Shown here piece after piece: positions 51,908 through 62,840 of a stretch of 64,000 bases of DNA; within the stretch, counting starts at the first letter, position 1, and every line of letters begins with the position of its first letter. A model generated the notes under the pieces. It searched no databases, had not been told where the DNA came from, and saw nothing but the letters and a program-made list of their open reading frames with translations. This stretch comes from Callorhinchus milii (taxonomy: Eukaryota). The translations under genes were made by a program, and so were the position numbers. The stretch covers positions 248,001 to 312,000 of the forward strand of contig NW_024704793.1 of NCBI RefSeq assembly GCF_018977255.1, in the 5' to 3' direction.

Positions 51908-52819
51908 TGTAGGCCAAAGCAGTAACTGACAGGATAGTTCGAATTGGTCAGGACATAGGAAACTGGCCAGGCATTACATGCACTTGCAGATAAATTCCAT
52001 TCCTGCAACAAGAGTTTCCAATGTTGCTGGTTTCCTGAAAAAAATATTGCTATTAAACTGTCCCCTAAATAGAGTCCTGATTCCTGCAGCTTTGTTTAGT
52101 GCAAATTATTCCCCAACCAGCCTCCTTCCCTCTCTATCTCTTTCTCTCCTTATTTCTCTCTCCCTTCTCTCTCTCCCCCTATTTCTCTTTATCTCTCTCC
52201 CTCTCTCTCTTGGACACAAACACACACACTCACATACATACATCATCATATATTACAATTTCATATGAATATACGCTCCAGTTTATTAATTGTTCCTCAT
52301 AGAACATCAACCTCACTGAGGAAATAAGCCTCGCTGTTCTCTGTGCAGTATCTTGTCCAGGCTCTTTCATTTGGACAATCAGTCTGAACAATGTCTGTGC
52401 AGCTTCATGACGTTTTCCGAGGATTTGAGCCTCAACTGGTTAAGCATGTTGCACAACATCCTATTTGCTTTCTCAGGCCATAGCATGGCATGGTCTGTGC
52501 TGCTTTAAGATTATAGAAATGAACATCCTTCTCTTGTTGCAGAATAATTTTCTTCCTATATTTCCATTGCAAGACGCAAACATCCTTGGATTGATAGCTG
52601 AATGGAAAAATTGTGAAGTAAATGAAGGATTGTTTTGGACAGGACGATTCTACTTGATATGGAAAGTGTTCATGGGCTGAATTCCACCAGAGTCTAAATA
52701 TACTTTATTCATGTAACATTTTGAAATTTGTAGAATTTGGCAAGTCTTTGAAATCAGTACAAATACAATACTGACTTTATTTTGGCAGTACTTAACAATT
52801 TCCAATTGCTGGATACAAA

Positions 52820-53320
52820 AAATTCTGCATAAAAGTGTAAAGATTTATAAAAGTGTGATTCCTTACCTACAGGGATCATTCACAAGTATGGTAATGGTAA
52901 GAGGCCTACAGTGTTTTGGTCAAAACAGAGGACATTTCCTGCAATTAAACTTCAAAGCAAAGCTCTGTACACAGTATTTCAGTGAGTGAGCAATACATGT
53001 ATGGAACAGGATTCTTCCGGAGACGGTGAAAGCAGAAAGTTTTGATTCTTTCAAAAGCAAACAAGATAGATTTGTTTCAGGAAATAATCTTGGAGGACAG
53101 TAAATGTATAGAACAGGATTGCTCGGGAGACGGTGAACGCAGAAATTGTAGATGATTTCAAAAGCATACGGGATAGACCTTATTCAGGAAATTATAACTT
53201 GGGGGTCGGTAAAGATTTGGGGCCATGACAAGTGAATTTCACTATGAGGATAGTGGAAGGTGAACTGGATGGTCTCTGGTCTTCTATTGTAACACCATTC
53301 TTATGTTCCAACTAAGCTGT
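52820..53320 (+). mobile_element. CR1-type 3' fragment with an internal tandem duplication (about 105 bp)
   Basis: aacaggatt...ggagacggtgaa.gcagaaa...ttcaaaagca...caggaaat occurs twice (about 53005-53205). Confidence 0.65.
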
Positions 53321-54512
53321 TGGATTGGATCAGATCAGATTGAAAGCAGATATAACTGAGGATGTTAAACGTACTAAACACAGGATACAGTAAGGATTGT
53401 GCTTTTTAGTTAGCAGGATAATCAAGGTCAATATTGCACCACATTTCTGCACGGTTAATCCCCAAATCATTAATAGGGTTGGCTGGAAATGCAGAGGTTG
53501 GATGACGAGAGGTCAAAACAGAACATGGTACAAAAAAAATGATGTATGTTTTGAGAGAGCTGGAAAATTATTCACATGTAAGATACGTGAATACTAATGT
53601 AGATGAAACAAACGGCAGAAGTTGTCACAGAATGGTCAGAACAAATGTACTTTTGTGCAGGGAATTTCCTCCTTACTGTGCAATTGTGAGTATTTTGTTA
53701 TTGATCTGTCAACTTATTTTTTTCCCATGAAGCTGCTCGGTTCAAATTGTGCAGCTCAGCAGAGGCAGGAGATAAATCTATGTCAATGCATAAAACAGAT
53801 TGAACACGCGCATTGTTCCATAAATACTCTAACACATAAATGCATGTTATTCTATTAGAATAGCCACGTGTCTGAAGCTGTATCTGGGTGTGGGGCAGAT
53901 CATTGGGGACGGAAGCAGCTGCTCGTCACTGGAGCAAAGAATAACTCAAGTGGAACAATTTTATAGCAAAGCTATATCTGAAGTAGGACATTACATTTAA
54001 CAGCTTTTGTTTAATGCTGACTTACTGGAATCTGTCGAATTTGGAAATCAGGAGCAAAGGCAAAATTGACACAAAAGGAACAGGAAATAAAAATATCAAA
54101 CAGCTCAATCAGCCGTCACATCTTTATTGATATATCACGGTAACAATATAGAGAATCTGCAGACATTAAGAAACAGGAGTGAATACATATATAGAGCATC
54201 AAATTAATATCAAAGCATAGATACATCAGTCAATGTCTTTCGGTATCGTTACATCACAAAAAAATTAAACAGCAAATGAAGACTATCAGAGAGCCGTGAT
54301 GGTAACATTATTAGTTATTGTTTCCAAAAGGCATATTGTAAAATAAACTAAAGATAAGAAAAGCTACTAAAATTCACATAGTTGCACAACACATTGTTTA
54401 TTTTCAGCTGATTTCTATAATGGGGGAAAAAAGACAGCACATAATCAGTCTCAAGACACCGTTGTAAAACACAGACGGACGAGACACATCGATGAATATG
54501 ATCTGAAGAAAC

Positions 54513-54521
54513 TCAATTTAT
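54513..54521 (-). CDS. IGHM: IgM heavy chain TM2 exon (I-N-stop)
   Basis: Acceptor gcttttattttccag|ATA AAT TGA, phase 0 matching the TM1 donor; AATAAA candidates on - at about 54398-54403 and 54123-54128. Confidence 0.6.
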   Translation of the reverse strand: MN

Positions 54522-55055
54522 CTGGAAAATAAAAGCAAATATATAATGAATGATTTCAGCCGAGATGGAGAATTAATATTTAGGCATATATTTAATGTTT
54601 CATATATATATGTATCAACACAGACACAAACACACTTAAAAGAACAAATACACATAAACAAATACAAATAAACAAACACACACACACATACACGAATCCA
54701 ACTGATTGTGTTTGAATTTTTAGTTGCTTGCTGGGAACTGTAGCAGACAGAACGATTTCATGATGCTTTAAATTGTCCACAATGTACAGACAGAGGCACA
54801 TAATCTGTAGAGAACCATTAGTCCTTGCCTAGTCTATACCAGGTGAGCATATCTCAGGTGCGATAGGGTGTGTAATGGAGAGGATATTCTCATCACCTTC
54901 ACACAGCCCAGTAACAAGGAACTTGGCCTAAAAAGAGAGGGAAAGTTCTCAGCAGAGTGGTGGCAATGAGAATGACAATGAGGGTTCCTATGGAACAAGT
55001 ATTCAACATCAGCTGCTACATCATATCATGGCGTCAAATAATTTATTCTCATCAC

Positions 55056-55186
55056 CTTAATTAGAGTGACGGCTGCGCTGTACATAATACTCAGGAAGAA
55101 GAGGATGATGAAGGTGGAAGCAGTAGGCCACAGGTTGTCACTTGGTACTTCTTGAAAACCTTTCAGCATCATCTCGGTTGGGAAAT
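55056..55186 (-). CDS. IGHM: IgM heavy chain TM1 exon
   Basis: Acceptor ttttatcctaacag|AT, donor AAG|GTGATG; (D)FPTEMMLKGFQEVPSDNLWPTASTFIILFFLSIMYSAAVTLIK, the conserved membrane-Ig TM motif. Not in the ORF track. Confidence 0.93.
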
Positions 55187-57141
55187 CTGTTAGGATAAAA
55201 AAAAGGAAATATCTTTAGAGGGGATTCAAACCTGAGGCCTTTCTGCTTTCAACGTATTATTGTTAATGTATATGCATTTTCCCAGTTGATCACGGGCTCC
55301 CTCACTTTAATAAACTGCACGTTCCCTTCGATCAATTTTTCTAAATGTTTAGTTTTAACAGAAGTAAAGGAATCTTGGTTTTATTTTTTCTTCCTCACAA
55401 TTAATGAATCCAAAAAAGAACTGGGGGAACATTTTGGGAAATTAAAATTCGTGGAATAACAGAAGGATGGAAATACTACCATTGAGATTCCGCTGTTAGA
55501 AAATGGACATATCTTCCCCAATCATCCAATTCCTCCTTTCTGCCTATTGTACGTTCACACAGTGACTGTCCAAATTCCATTTTAAATTTCTTTACATAAT
55601 GATATTGAGATAAAGCATAATATATTCTAAAAAATCTGAATATAGGAATCGACTTATCCTTCATATGTTACAGTGGCTTTCCTGCATGTTTTATCCCGTT
55701 TGTATGGATACAATCCACTTTCATTGCTTCAGTCTTTGAAGACTTCATGGATTTAAATGCTTTGGTACGACTCTCTTCAATTTTTCTTTTACTTTCTGTT
55801 TTTAGAAGTACAGCAACAATATTTGTAGCTGTTCGCTGCAGCGCCAATCACAGGCATTATTTTCATGGTCTTTGTGTAACTGCCCAAAACCCTCTCAGCA
55901 GCTCTTATGTCCTTTGTGTGATAAATTGTCCAGAACCACATGTAGTGATCCACTCACAATCCCGTTAACTTGAAATGTCATTGACAGTCGATTAACTTTG
56001 CGAAAATCACAGAATCTGTTTCAGTGATCTTCCGATACGTTTTCCAATCGACGTGTCCTCCAAGTTTTTTGCCATTCCACTTATAACAGAATTATTTTGC
56101 TGCTATTCCTACAGTGATTATTTTACTATAAATATACTTCAACAAACTGGTGTCTCAACATTGAACTACATTTCCACCTCTCTGGAAACTCAGTTAAAAT
56201 GTCTGTTACATTACGCAATTCCCCAGGTTATTCCTCAATTTGTCAGCGTCCCCTACTCTTTCATCATCAACGTTTTTATAAATGGCACCATTTCTATTTC
56301 AAAATGGCTGATATTGTTGTAAAGCAATAGAACAACCAGCAAAAACATTTGTGTAAATCAACTAAACAGATTGAGGTATAAGTGAACAGGGTTCATCCCT
56401 GAGGGCCATCAAGTGTGTGAGGGGCCTGGTTGGTGTGAATGTAGTTAAGTGCGTGGAGACTGGTGGAAGTGTTGTGTGTGAGTTAGTGTGGGCCTGGGTG
56501 GATATGGTTGTGAATGAGTGTGCGAAGGTCTCGGTGTATGAGTGCAAATGTGGACTTGGGTGGATTGAGACTGTGTGAAGTTTGTGAATGAGTGTATTTA
56601 TTTACAAAAGCGTGGCTAAGCGAGTGCTCAAGTGAATATGTAACCGTATCCAGATCTTTTCTGTGGAACAAGTATCATTGTTACAGGAAATTTACCAAAA
56701 AAAGGCCACAGTTTACATCTGAGAAGTTGTTTCGTGTGGAATGCGATGCTGTTCAGTGATAGAGAAAATATCCTGCAAGGGAAAAGGTGTAGCTGTGCTG
56801 TGCAATTATAAAACAAACTGCAAATAAAATTCGTTTTGAGATTGGATTATAACCAGTGATGTTGAATTAGTGGGGACTTTATTATCAACTTATTTTTGGG
56901 GGGGGGATTGTGTGTGGGTGGTGGGGGCGTAGGGGTGTGGGGTGGACGTGCTGGTCGCCCGGCGTATGACACATGTGGAAATATATCACCACGCTTAATT
57001 GTAACCACCAAAATGACTGCGGTAATAACTTAATATTAGCTTTGCTTCCAAAAAAAATGCATCAGTCCTCACGCTGGAAAATATCTGTTTGATTAATTTT
57101 AATCACTCCGAAGTACCTGACACGTCAATAAAACAATGATC

Positions 57142-57147
57142 TTTATT
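57142..57147 (-). terminator. Candidate secretory-form poly(A) signal AATAAA
   Basis: About 83 nt downstream of the Cmu4 stop codon. Confidence 0.6.
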
Positions 57148-57229
57148 TGATTTAATTGTTGAAAACTGACAATGCAATGGCAAGAAGGTGGGTGCACAAA
57201 AGGATAAGCAAGATGGTATTGAGAGACAC

Positions 57230-57621
57230 TCAGTGACACGGATTCACGGTGTCCATCAGGACAAGTGCAAGGTTTACAAAACTCGGTTTACCGCTGGATT
57301 TATTTACGGTTCTGGTCAGGGTCTTCAGTGGGAACGTTTCGTGGCCGACCACACATGAGTAGGAGGGCCTTCTGTTCCACTCATCGACTGAGAGGGTTAA
57401 CATGCTGTACATGGAGTAGTTGAGATCTTCACTGTCTGCCATCACCTCGGTGTTTCTGTACTTGTTGGCATCAATCAACTGGTCATTCACAGTCCACTGC
57501 ACAAAGATCTCTTTGGGAGCGAAGTCCTTCACCAGGCAGGTCAAGGTGACAAACTGCTGAGCAGCCATTTCTTCTGCCGAGGGGAGGAGCAGATACACTG
57601 AAGGTTGTTTTGTGTACATAA
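57230..57621 (-). CDS. IGHM: IgM heavy chain Cmu4 + secretory tailpiece
   Basis: Acceptor ttcttcctgcag|TT; PSVYLLLP..EE...TLTCLVKDFAPKEIFVQW...YSCVVGHE..PLK...RTVNKSSGKPSFVNLALVLMDTVNPCH*; internal membrane donor AGCG|GTAAAC after 57292. Confidence 0.95.
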
Positions 57622-58111
57622 CTGCAGGAAGAATGCAATCAGATCAATACAATGATGGTGTCAATCATAGAATATTTTGAAGCATCAGATCTTGCAGAAC
57701 AAGCTGAGAATAATGTTTGTGTCTCTGTTAAATCTGTGCTCAGTGGTTTGTAATTGTTGGTGTGACTATGAACACTGGTGTGGGTTGAAATCCCCGACAG
57801 GACTTTATTATATGCCCCCAGTGACCAGCGGTTCAGATATGGTAACTCTGCTCCCTGAGAACATGTGTAAACATCCTCCAGATGATGGTTAGATTCTTGT
57901 TGATATAATTCATGTGAGTGAATGTACTTAACAAATTTTATCTATAAATTGTTGTCCGACATTTGTGAGAGGTTATAAATCTATCGAAAGACAAACAGAA
58001 AAAGAAGCAAACAGAGAGCTGATCATTGTATTCCCAGTTGTTTCTGTTGACTAAAATCTGAAATTACAATAAACAAATAAATCATTTATTTCCTGAAATA
58101 TGGCTACTCAC

Positions 58112-58423
58112 CTTTCCTCTTAAATGTCTTTTCTCCGATGGGAGTTGGAATATCTTCATGATTGGCAAGGCAGAAGAATTCTTTCCCACTCTTCCAGTCT
58201 TGTGTAGAAACGTTTAATTTACTGATCACTTCCTGAGGCTCAGTGGCAGACGGTTTCCCATATCCAGACTGTAAATGTGTCTTTCCTTGTGTCCAAGTCA
58301 CGTTGACGTCAAGTGGTGCATTGGCCACGACACATGTCAGCGTTACAGTGGACTCCATTAAAACCTGTTGCTGCGAGGGTGGTAGGAAAGAGACCTTCAC
58401 ACCCCCAGTGGGTTGCTCACATT
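58112..58423 (-). CDS. IGHM: IgM heavy chain Cmu3
   Basis: Acceptor tttccttttctag|AA, donor AAG|GTGAGT, 312 nt phase 1-1; LPP..QQVLMESTVTLTCVV...W...SKLNVST.DW.SG..F.C.ANHEDIPTP, resembling shark Cmu3. Confidence 0.92.
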
Positions 58424-59629
58424 CTAGAAAAGGAAAACATACATGAAACTGGATTAACAACCAATATCCAGGATTTCATATTCGGTCAGTTAAACAATAC
58501 TGTCCATGAATATTCTCACATTGTGGGTGAGCTGAACACAGATTGCTGATTCCGAATATGCTCATCATTTGGTGTTGGAATAATTTACTGGAATACTGAA
58601 CAAGACTTCCTGAAGGACTGCGTGATATTGCACCTGTTGAGTTTCAATTCCATCTGACTGAATACCACTCAGGAATAAACACGTGTATTGGATGACTTGT
58701 AACTGTGCGTTTAACTGTATACCTTCTCGGATTAACCCAAATTCACTCTTTGTGTCCAGGAAACAAAGTGGAAGTAATTGTTGAGGAAGTGTGTGGTATA
58801 ACTCTGCGGATAAAAGGCTGTAGATTGCGGCCCGATTTCCTCATGTTGCTCAGTTAAATAAACTTGGGGTCAAAGCTCACATGTGTATTGTTTTCATTGA
58901 ATACCAAAAAGGGGCACTACAAAAATGAATGTAGCATTGTCAGGCGAAGCAGGTTCTCTGTTTGTATGTGTGTGTGTTCATGTGTGTGTATGTATGTATG
59001 TATGCAGTTTTTAGAAAAGCCGCTGAAACTAAACTGTTGCATCAATTTCCTAATCGTCTGTTTCATTTGCTAAAATATTTTTGTTTCAAGGTTACTAAGA
59101 CATTTGCGTAATCTTAAATTTTGATGCAATCGTCAGAAGATTTCAAACATATGTCTTTCTGGCTCTGATATGTATTAAAACAAGTTACTCTGCCGATGTG
59201 TGTTGTTAAAATAGTACATTAAATATTGATAAGAATAGGATCACTTGCATTGGAAATAGCGTCTTATCAAGTCTTTGAGACATTTCAATGCGCTTCACAC
59301 AATACAATGTGAAGTGAAATCAGTGTATATTGTCTGTGCGAAAAATATTTGATTGACTGTTGAAGAATTTTGATCCCTCTTAATTTTGTAATCTACAAAA
59401 CTAGAGAACGATTAAAATGGTTAGGTTCAGTGTTTACATGAGGAATGAAGGACTGCAATCAGTGTTGTGCCCAGGACACGGAAATACCCAACATATCTAT
59501 GGGTATTTTTGTCGCAATCAGCTGTGAAATGGTTAAATAAAGGCAGAAGCCGCTGTCCGGCGTTTGATGTTAGTGACGGTGCATTGCCTAACGGGCAAAG
59601 CAATATTACATTCACATTTGAAACTATAA

Positions 59630-60003
59630 ATAGAATATTCCTTGCATTTGTTATAGCGACATATCAGGTCTTCGAGACGTCTCCAAGTGCTTCAAAGAAT
59701 ACACTGTAAAGTGAATTCACTGTATGTTTGAGGGCGAAATGCGGCATCCAAATGCGTACAGCAGTTTTCCACAAACAGTCGTGGATTCAGTGACAAATTT
59801 ATTGTTAATATTTTGAAGAGAGTAATACTTCCGGGGAAGCAATCGGTTGATTGACTAACAGGTGTGTTGCTACTTACTGTAAGGCAAACCGAATTGTTGT
59901 TGTGAGTGTGGAGTAAGTAGACTTTCCTGACTTTTCGCCCTGCCCGGGAATCAAACACAGGTTGTCTATCCTGCGAGGCGAGTGCTCTAAACTCTGAGCT
60001 ATA
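59630..60003 (-). mobile_element. tRNA-derived SINE
   Basis: Reverse head ctaaactctgagcta, core ggagtaagtagactt, tail remnant near 59640-59700. Confidence 0.8.
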
Positions 60004-60484
60004 GGACTCCACAGAGTGGAAAACATTCTGCTTTGCTTCACAGTCTGTATTACCCTGAATTGTGTTAGATCCATGTGGTGACAGTTGAATGTCCTGTGGT
60101 CATGTTGTATTCATGACACACAGGCTGACAGACAGAGGCAGGTGATATAAATATATAAAACAAGCAGTGCTGGTGTCTGTGGGTCTGTTTCCAGCCCCTG
60201 CGGTCACCGACTTGTTAGCTATAAATAAATTAAATTAACTAATGATACAAATAGAGACATTATTCACTTCTGAGATCCAAATCCTCAAGTAATAATAAAC
60301 ACTTGTAGATTATAAAACTTTACTTTAAGATTTCGCCGAAGCGTATAATAATCTTAAATTTACTTTAAATTTGGATTCCGGTTCTTCTGAAGAAGATTGA
60401 CGTCAGTTCATGTTTCGACCTCTGGAATGATATTTTGCACAATGTACGGTCACAATTCCCTGCAGCTCAAACAGTTACACAGAA

Positions 60485-60985
60485 TAACTAATTCATGTAT
60501 TTACAGTTGAATGAGATACTGATTCCTTTCACGCTCATCTCTGCTGAGTCTGGAGTTTGAGCTGGTCAGTTCTGGTATCATTAGCTGCATGTCTGTGACC
60601 AGTTTCGCTGTGTGTTAACCATCTCATAAACAAATGTATCTGATACATTGCAGCGTGTTATCCAGAGTTTACCATTTGTTTACTCAAAAACAACAAATTT
60701 TGCATTTATTTCTGCTGATCAGTTAATGTAAAACAGGAAACTCATATTTGTAGATCAACAGATACATAGAATAACTAAAGCATGTGATTACAGTAAAATG
60801 AGAGATTTCTTCCTTTCACCCTCATCTCTGCCAACTCTGAAGTTTTAGATAATCAACTACGATATCATTAGTTTGGTGTCAGTGGCCAGTTTCGCTTTGT
60901 GTTAAACATGTCATTAATAATTGGATCTCTTACAATGCAGTCTGATATTCAAACTTGAACACATGTTTGATGAATACATCGTGGG
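60485..60985. repeat. Two diverged tandem units (about 285-bp period)
   Basis: ataactaa...ttcctttcac.ctcatctctgc...ccagtttcgct.tgtgttaa at about 60485-60620 and 60771-60907. Confidence 0.8.
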
Positions 60986-60989
60986 ACAA

Positions 60990-61264
60990 GAGAAAAGGAC
61001 AAAGAAAATCATTAGCTAAAATTTATTCCTATATGACTTACCGAAGGAACTGTCAAAGTCTTAAATTTAACTGTGTCTGACACTGGTCTGCCCAACTCAC
61101 TGCATGTATGTGTCTTTTAGAGAGCGAGAAAATGAAAGAGAGAAAAAATAGGACAGAGTTTTAGAAAGAGAGAGAGACTGTGAGAGGTAAATTGAGAGAG
61201 AGAGTGAGAGAGAGAAAGAGAGTGAGATAGAGAGGGAGAGAGACAGCAAAAGAGAGAGAGAGAG

Positions 61265-61319
<55 letters not shown>

Positions 61320-61535
61320 GATAGCACGAGATAGACAGAGAAAAAAAAAGAGGGACATAAAAGGATAAACGGAGAGGTAGAGACTGAAAGAAAGATAGAC
61401 AAGCTGCAAGAGATGGAAACAGTGAAACAGAGAGAATGCTCGTGACAAATGAATAAATGAAGGAAGGAACAATTAAGAAAATGAAAAAAGATAGGAAGAA
61501 AGAATGAAAGAAAGAAAGAAAGAAAGAAAGAACGA

Positions 61536-61571
<36 letters not shown>

Positions 61572-62840
61572 AAAAAAAAGCAAGATGAAGAGACTGATAT
61601 AGAGAAAAAGAAAATGTGAGAGAGAATGACTGAGAGAAAAAGACACAGAGAGAGAGAGAGAAATACACATGTCGAGAGATCAGTCAGGTTTGTGCAGTAA
61701 CTCACCGTGAAACAATATCAGATGGACGATGGTTTTATACAAAATTTTGTGTTCCTTCTCTCGTTTATAAACAATACAGTGATATTCCCCAGCCTGGCTT
61801 ATTGTGGGTGTGAGTAACAGGGAGAGATTCCCTGACTGGAAAGCGTCCGAATCAGCCACTGATATCTCCTTGTGATGCAAGGAGTTACACACAGAGCTCT
61901 CTTCAGTTATTACACACAATCTGTGCAATTCTCTCCTTCGGGTTGTGAACCAATCCCATACAGCGAGTGTGAATCCTGTCGCAGCCCCAGGAGAGCAGGG
62001 CAGTAAGACAGCGCTGGAGCCGTTAGACACCACATAAATCTCGCTCTGATCACTTCCCTCAGATCCTGCACAGGAGATAAACGTGAGACAGACTGAGAAA
62101 CACTCCTCACCTAATACACAGCACACGGAGCAAAGCCTGCACCTTGTGATCATCAGCACATCACACAGCGTATTATAATAATAATCAGCGCATTAGTTAC
62201 AGCTCCTTATCACGTGCTCAAGTTGTCTAAAAGTGCTTCACAGAATATACAGAATATAATAACCCCCGGAAAAGAGACAAGCAATCATCTGATAAGTGGA
62301 ATCCGACTAACTGGGAGATAAACAGTGTTTGCGTGTGGAGTAAGGAAACTTGCTCAACATTTCAACCTTCAGAAATTGAACCAGCAACTCTCACTTCTGA
62401 GGGGAGAGCTCTAAATCCTGAGTTTCAGGACTGCATATATTGTATAGGTTGTGATGAACAGCACATCACAGAGAGAGGAGTGTGAGAGGAAGGCGAGAAA
62501 CCAAGGAAAGTGAAAGAGTGAATGAGGTAAAAGAGTGAGATGCCGGGAACGAGAGGGAGAGAAACAGGGAAATAGAGAGAGGTAGAGGGCGAAAGAATGT
62601 GAGAGTTGAAGACAAGTATCAATACAGCAAAGGGTGAATACTAAAAGGTGGAGATGAAGTTAATGAGAGAGAGCGAAAGAAAGTGGGAGAAGAAAAAGGA
62701 GAGAGACGAAGGGTAAGAGGGACAGTGAAAAAGAGAGATATAGAGATAGAGGGAGAAAGAACGAGGGCGTCCTCTTCCACTGTAACTTCGATCAACTTCC
62801 TGCCATCCCTACCCTCCAACCCTCCTGATCCCAACTCTCA
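60990..62840 (-). repeat. Inverted paralogous copy of 9675-11665 (intron 1 part, SINE, V exon, intron 2)
   Basis: Shared unique text at both ends (gttgggatcaggaggg; cagaccagtgtcaga.acagttaa...cggtaagtcat), the same SINE and the same microsatellites. Confidence 0.93.
61706..62065 (-). CDS. V-type Ig exon, paralogue of 10580-10939, upstream of Cmu3
   Basis: Acceptor ttatctcctgtgcag|G, donor CACG|GTGAGT, 360 nt phase 1-1, no stops; 82/120 aa identical to the + copy by manual count. Confidence 0.93.

Noticed and set aside
56362-56590. T/S/H-rich ORF as a hinge exon between Cmu4 and TM1
   Set aside because: Low-complexity CA-rich DNA with no credible donor site.
58560-58860. Possible degenerate Cmu2 exon (EEI...FYPQS on -)
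   Set aside because: No Cys/Trp framework, several stops, no matching splice sites; the similarity is too weak.
60054-60218. Phase 1-1 exon-like segment on - (ttatag|CT...CAGG|GTAATA) between V and Cmu3
   Set aside because: In-frame TGA and stops in the other frames. If it were spliced in it would truncate the fusion, so it should be checked in RNA-seq.
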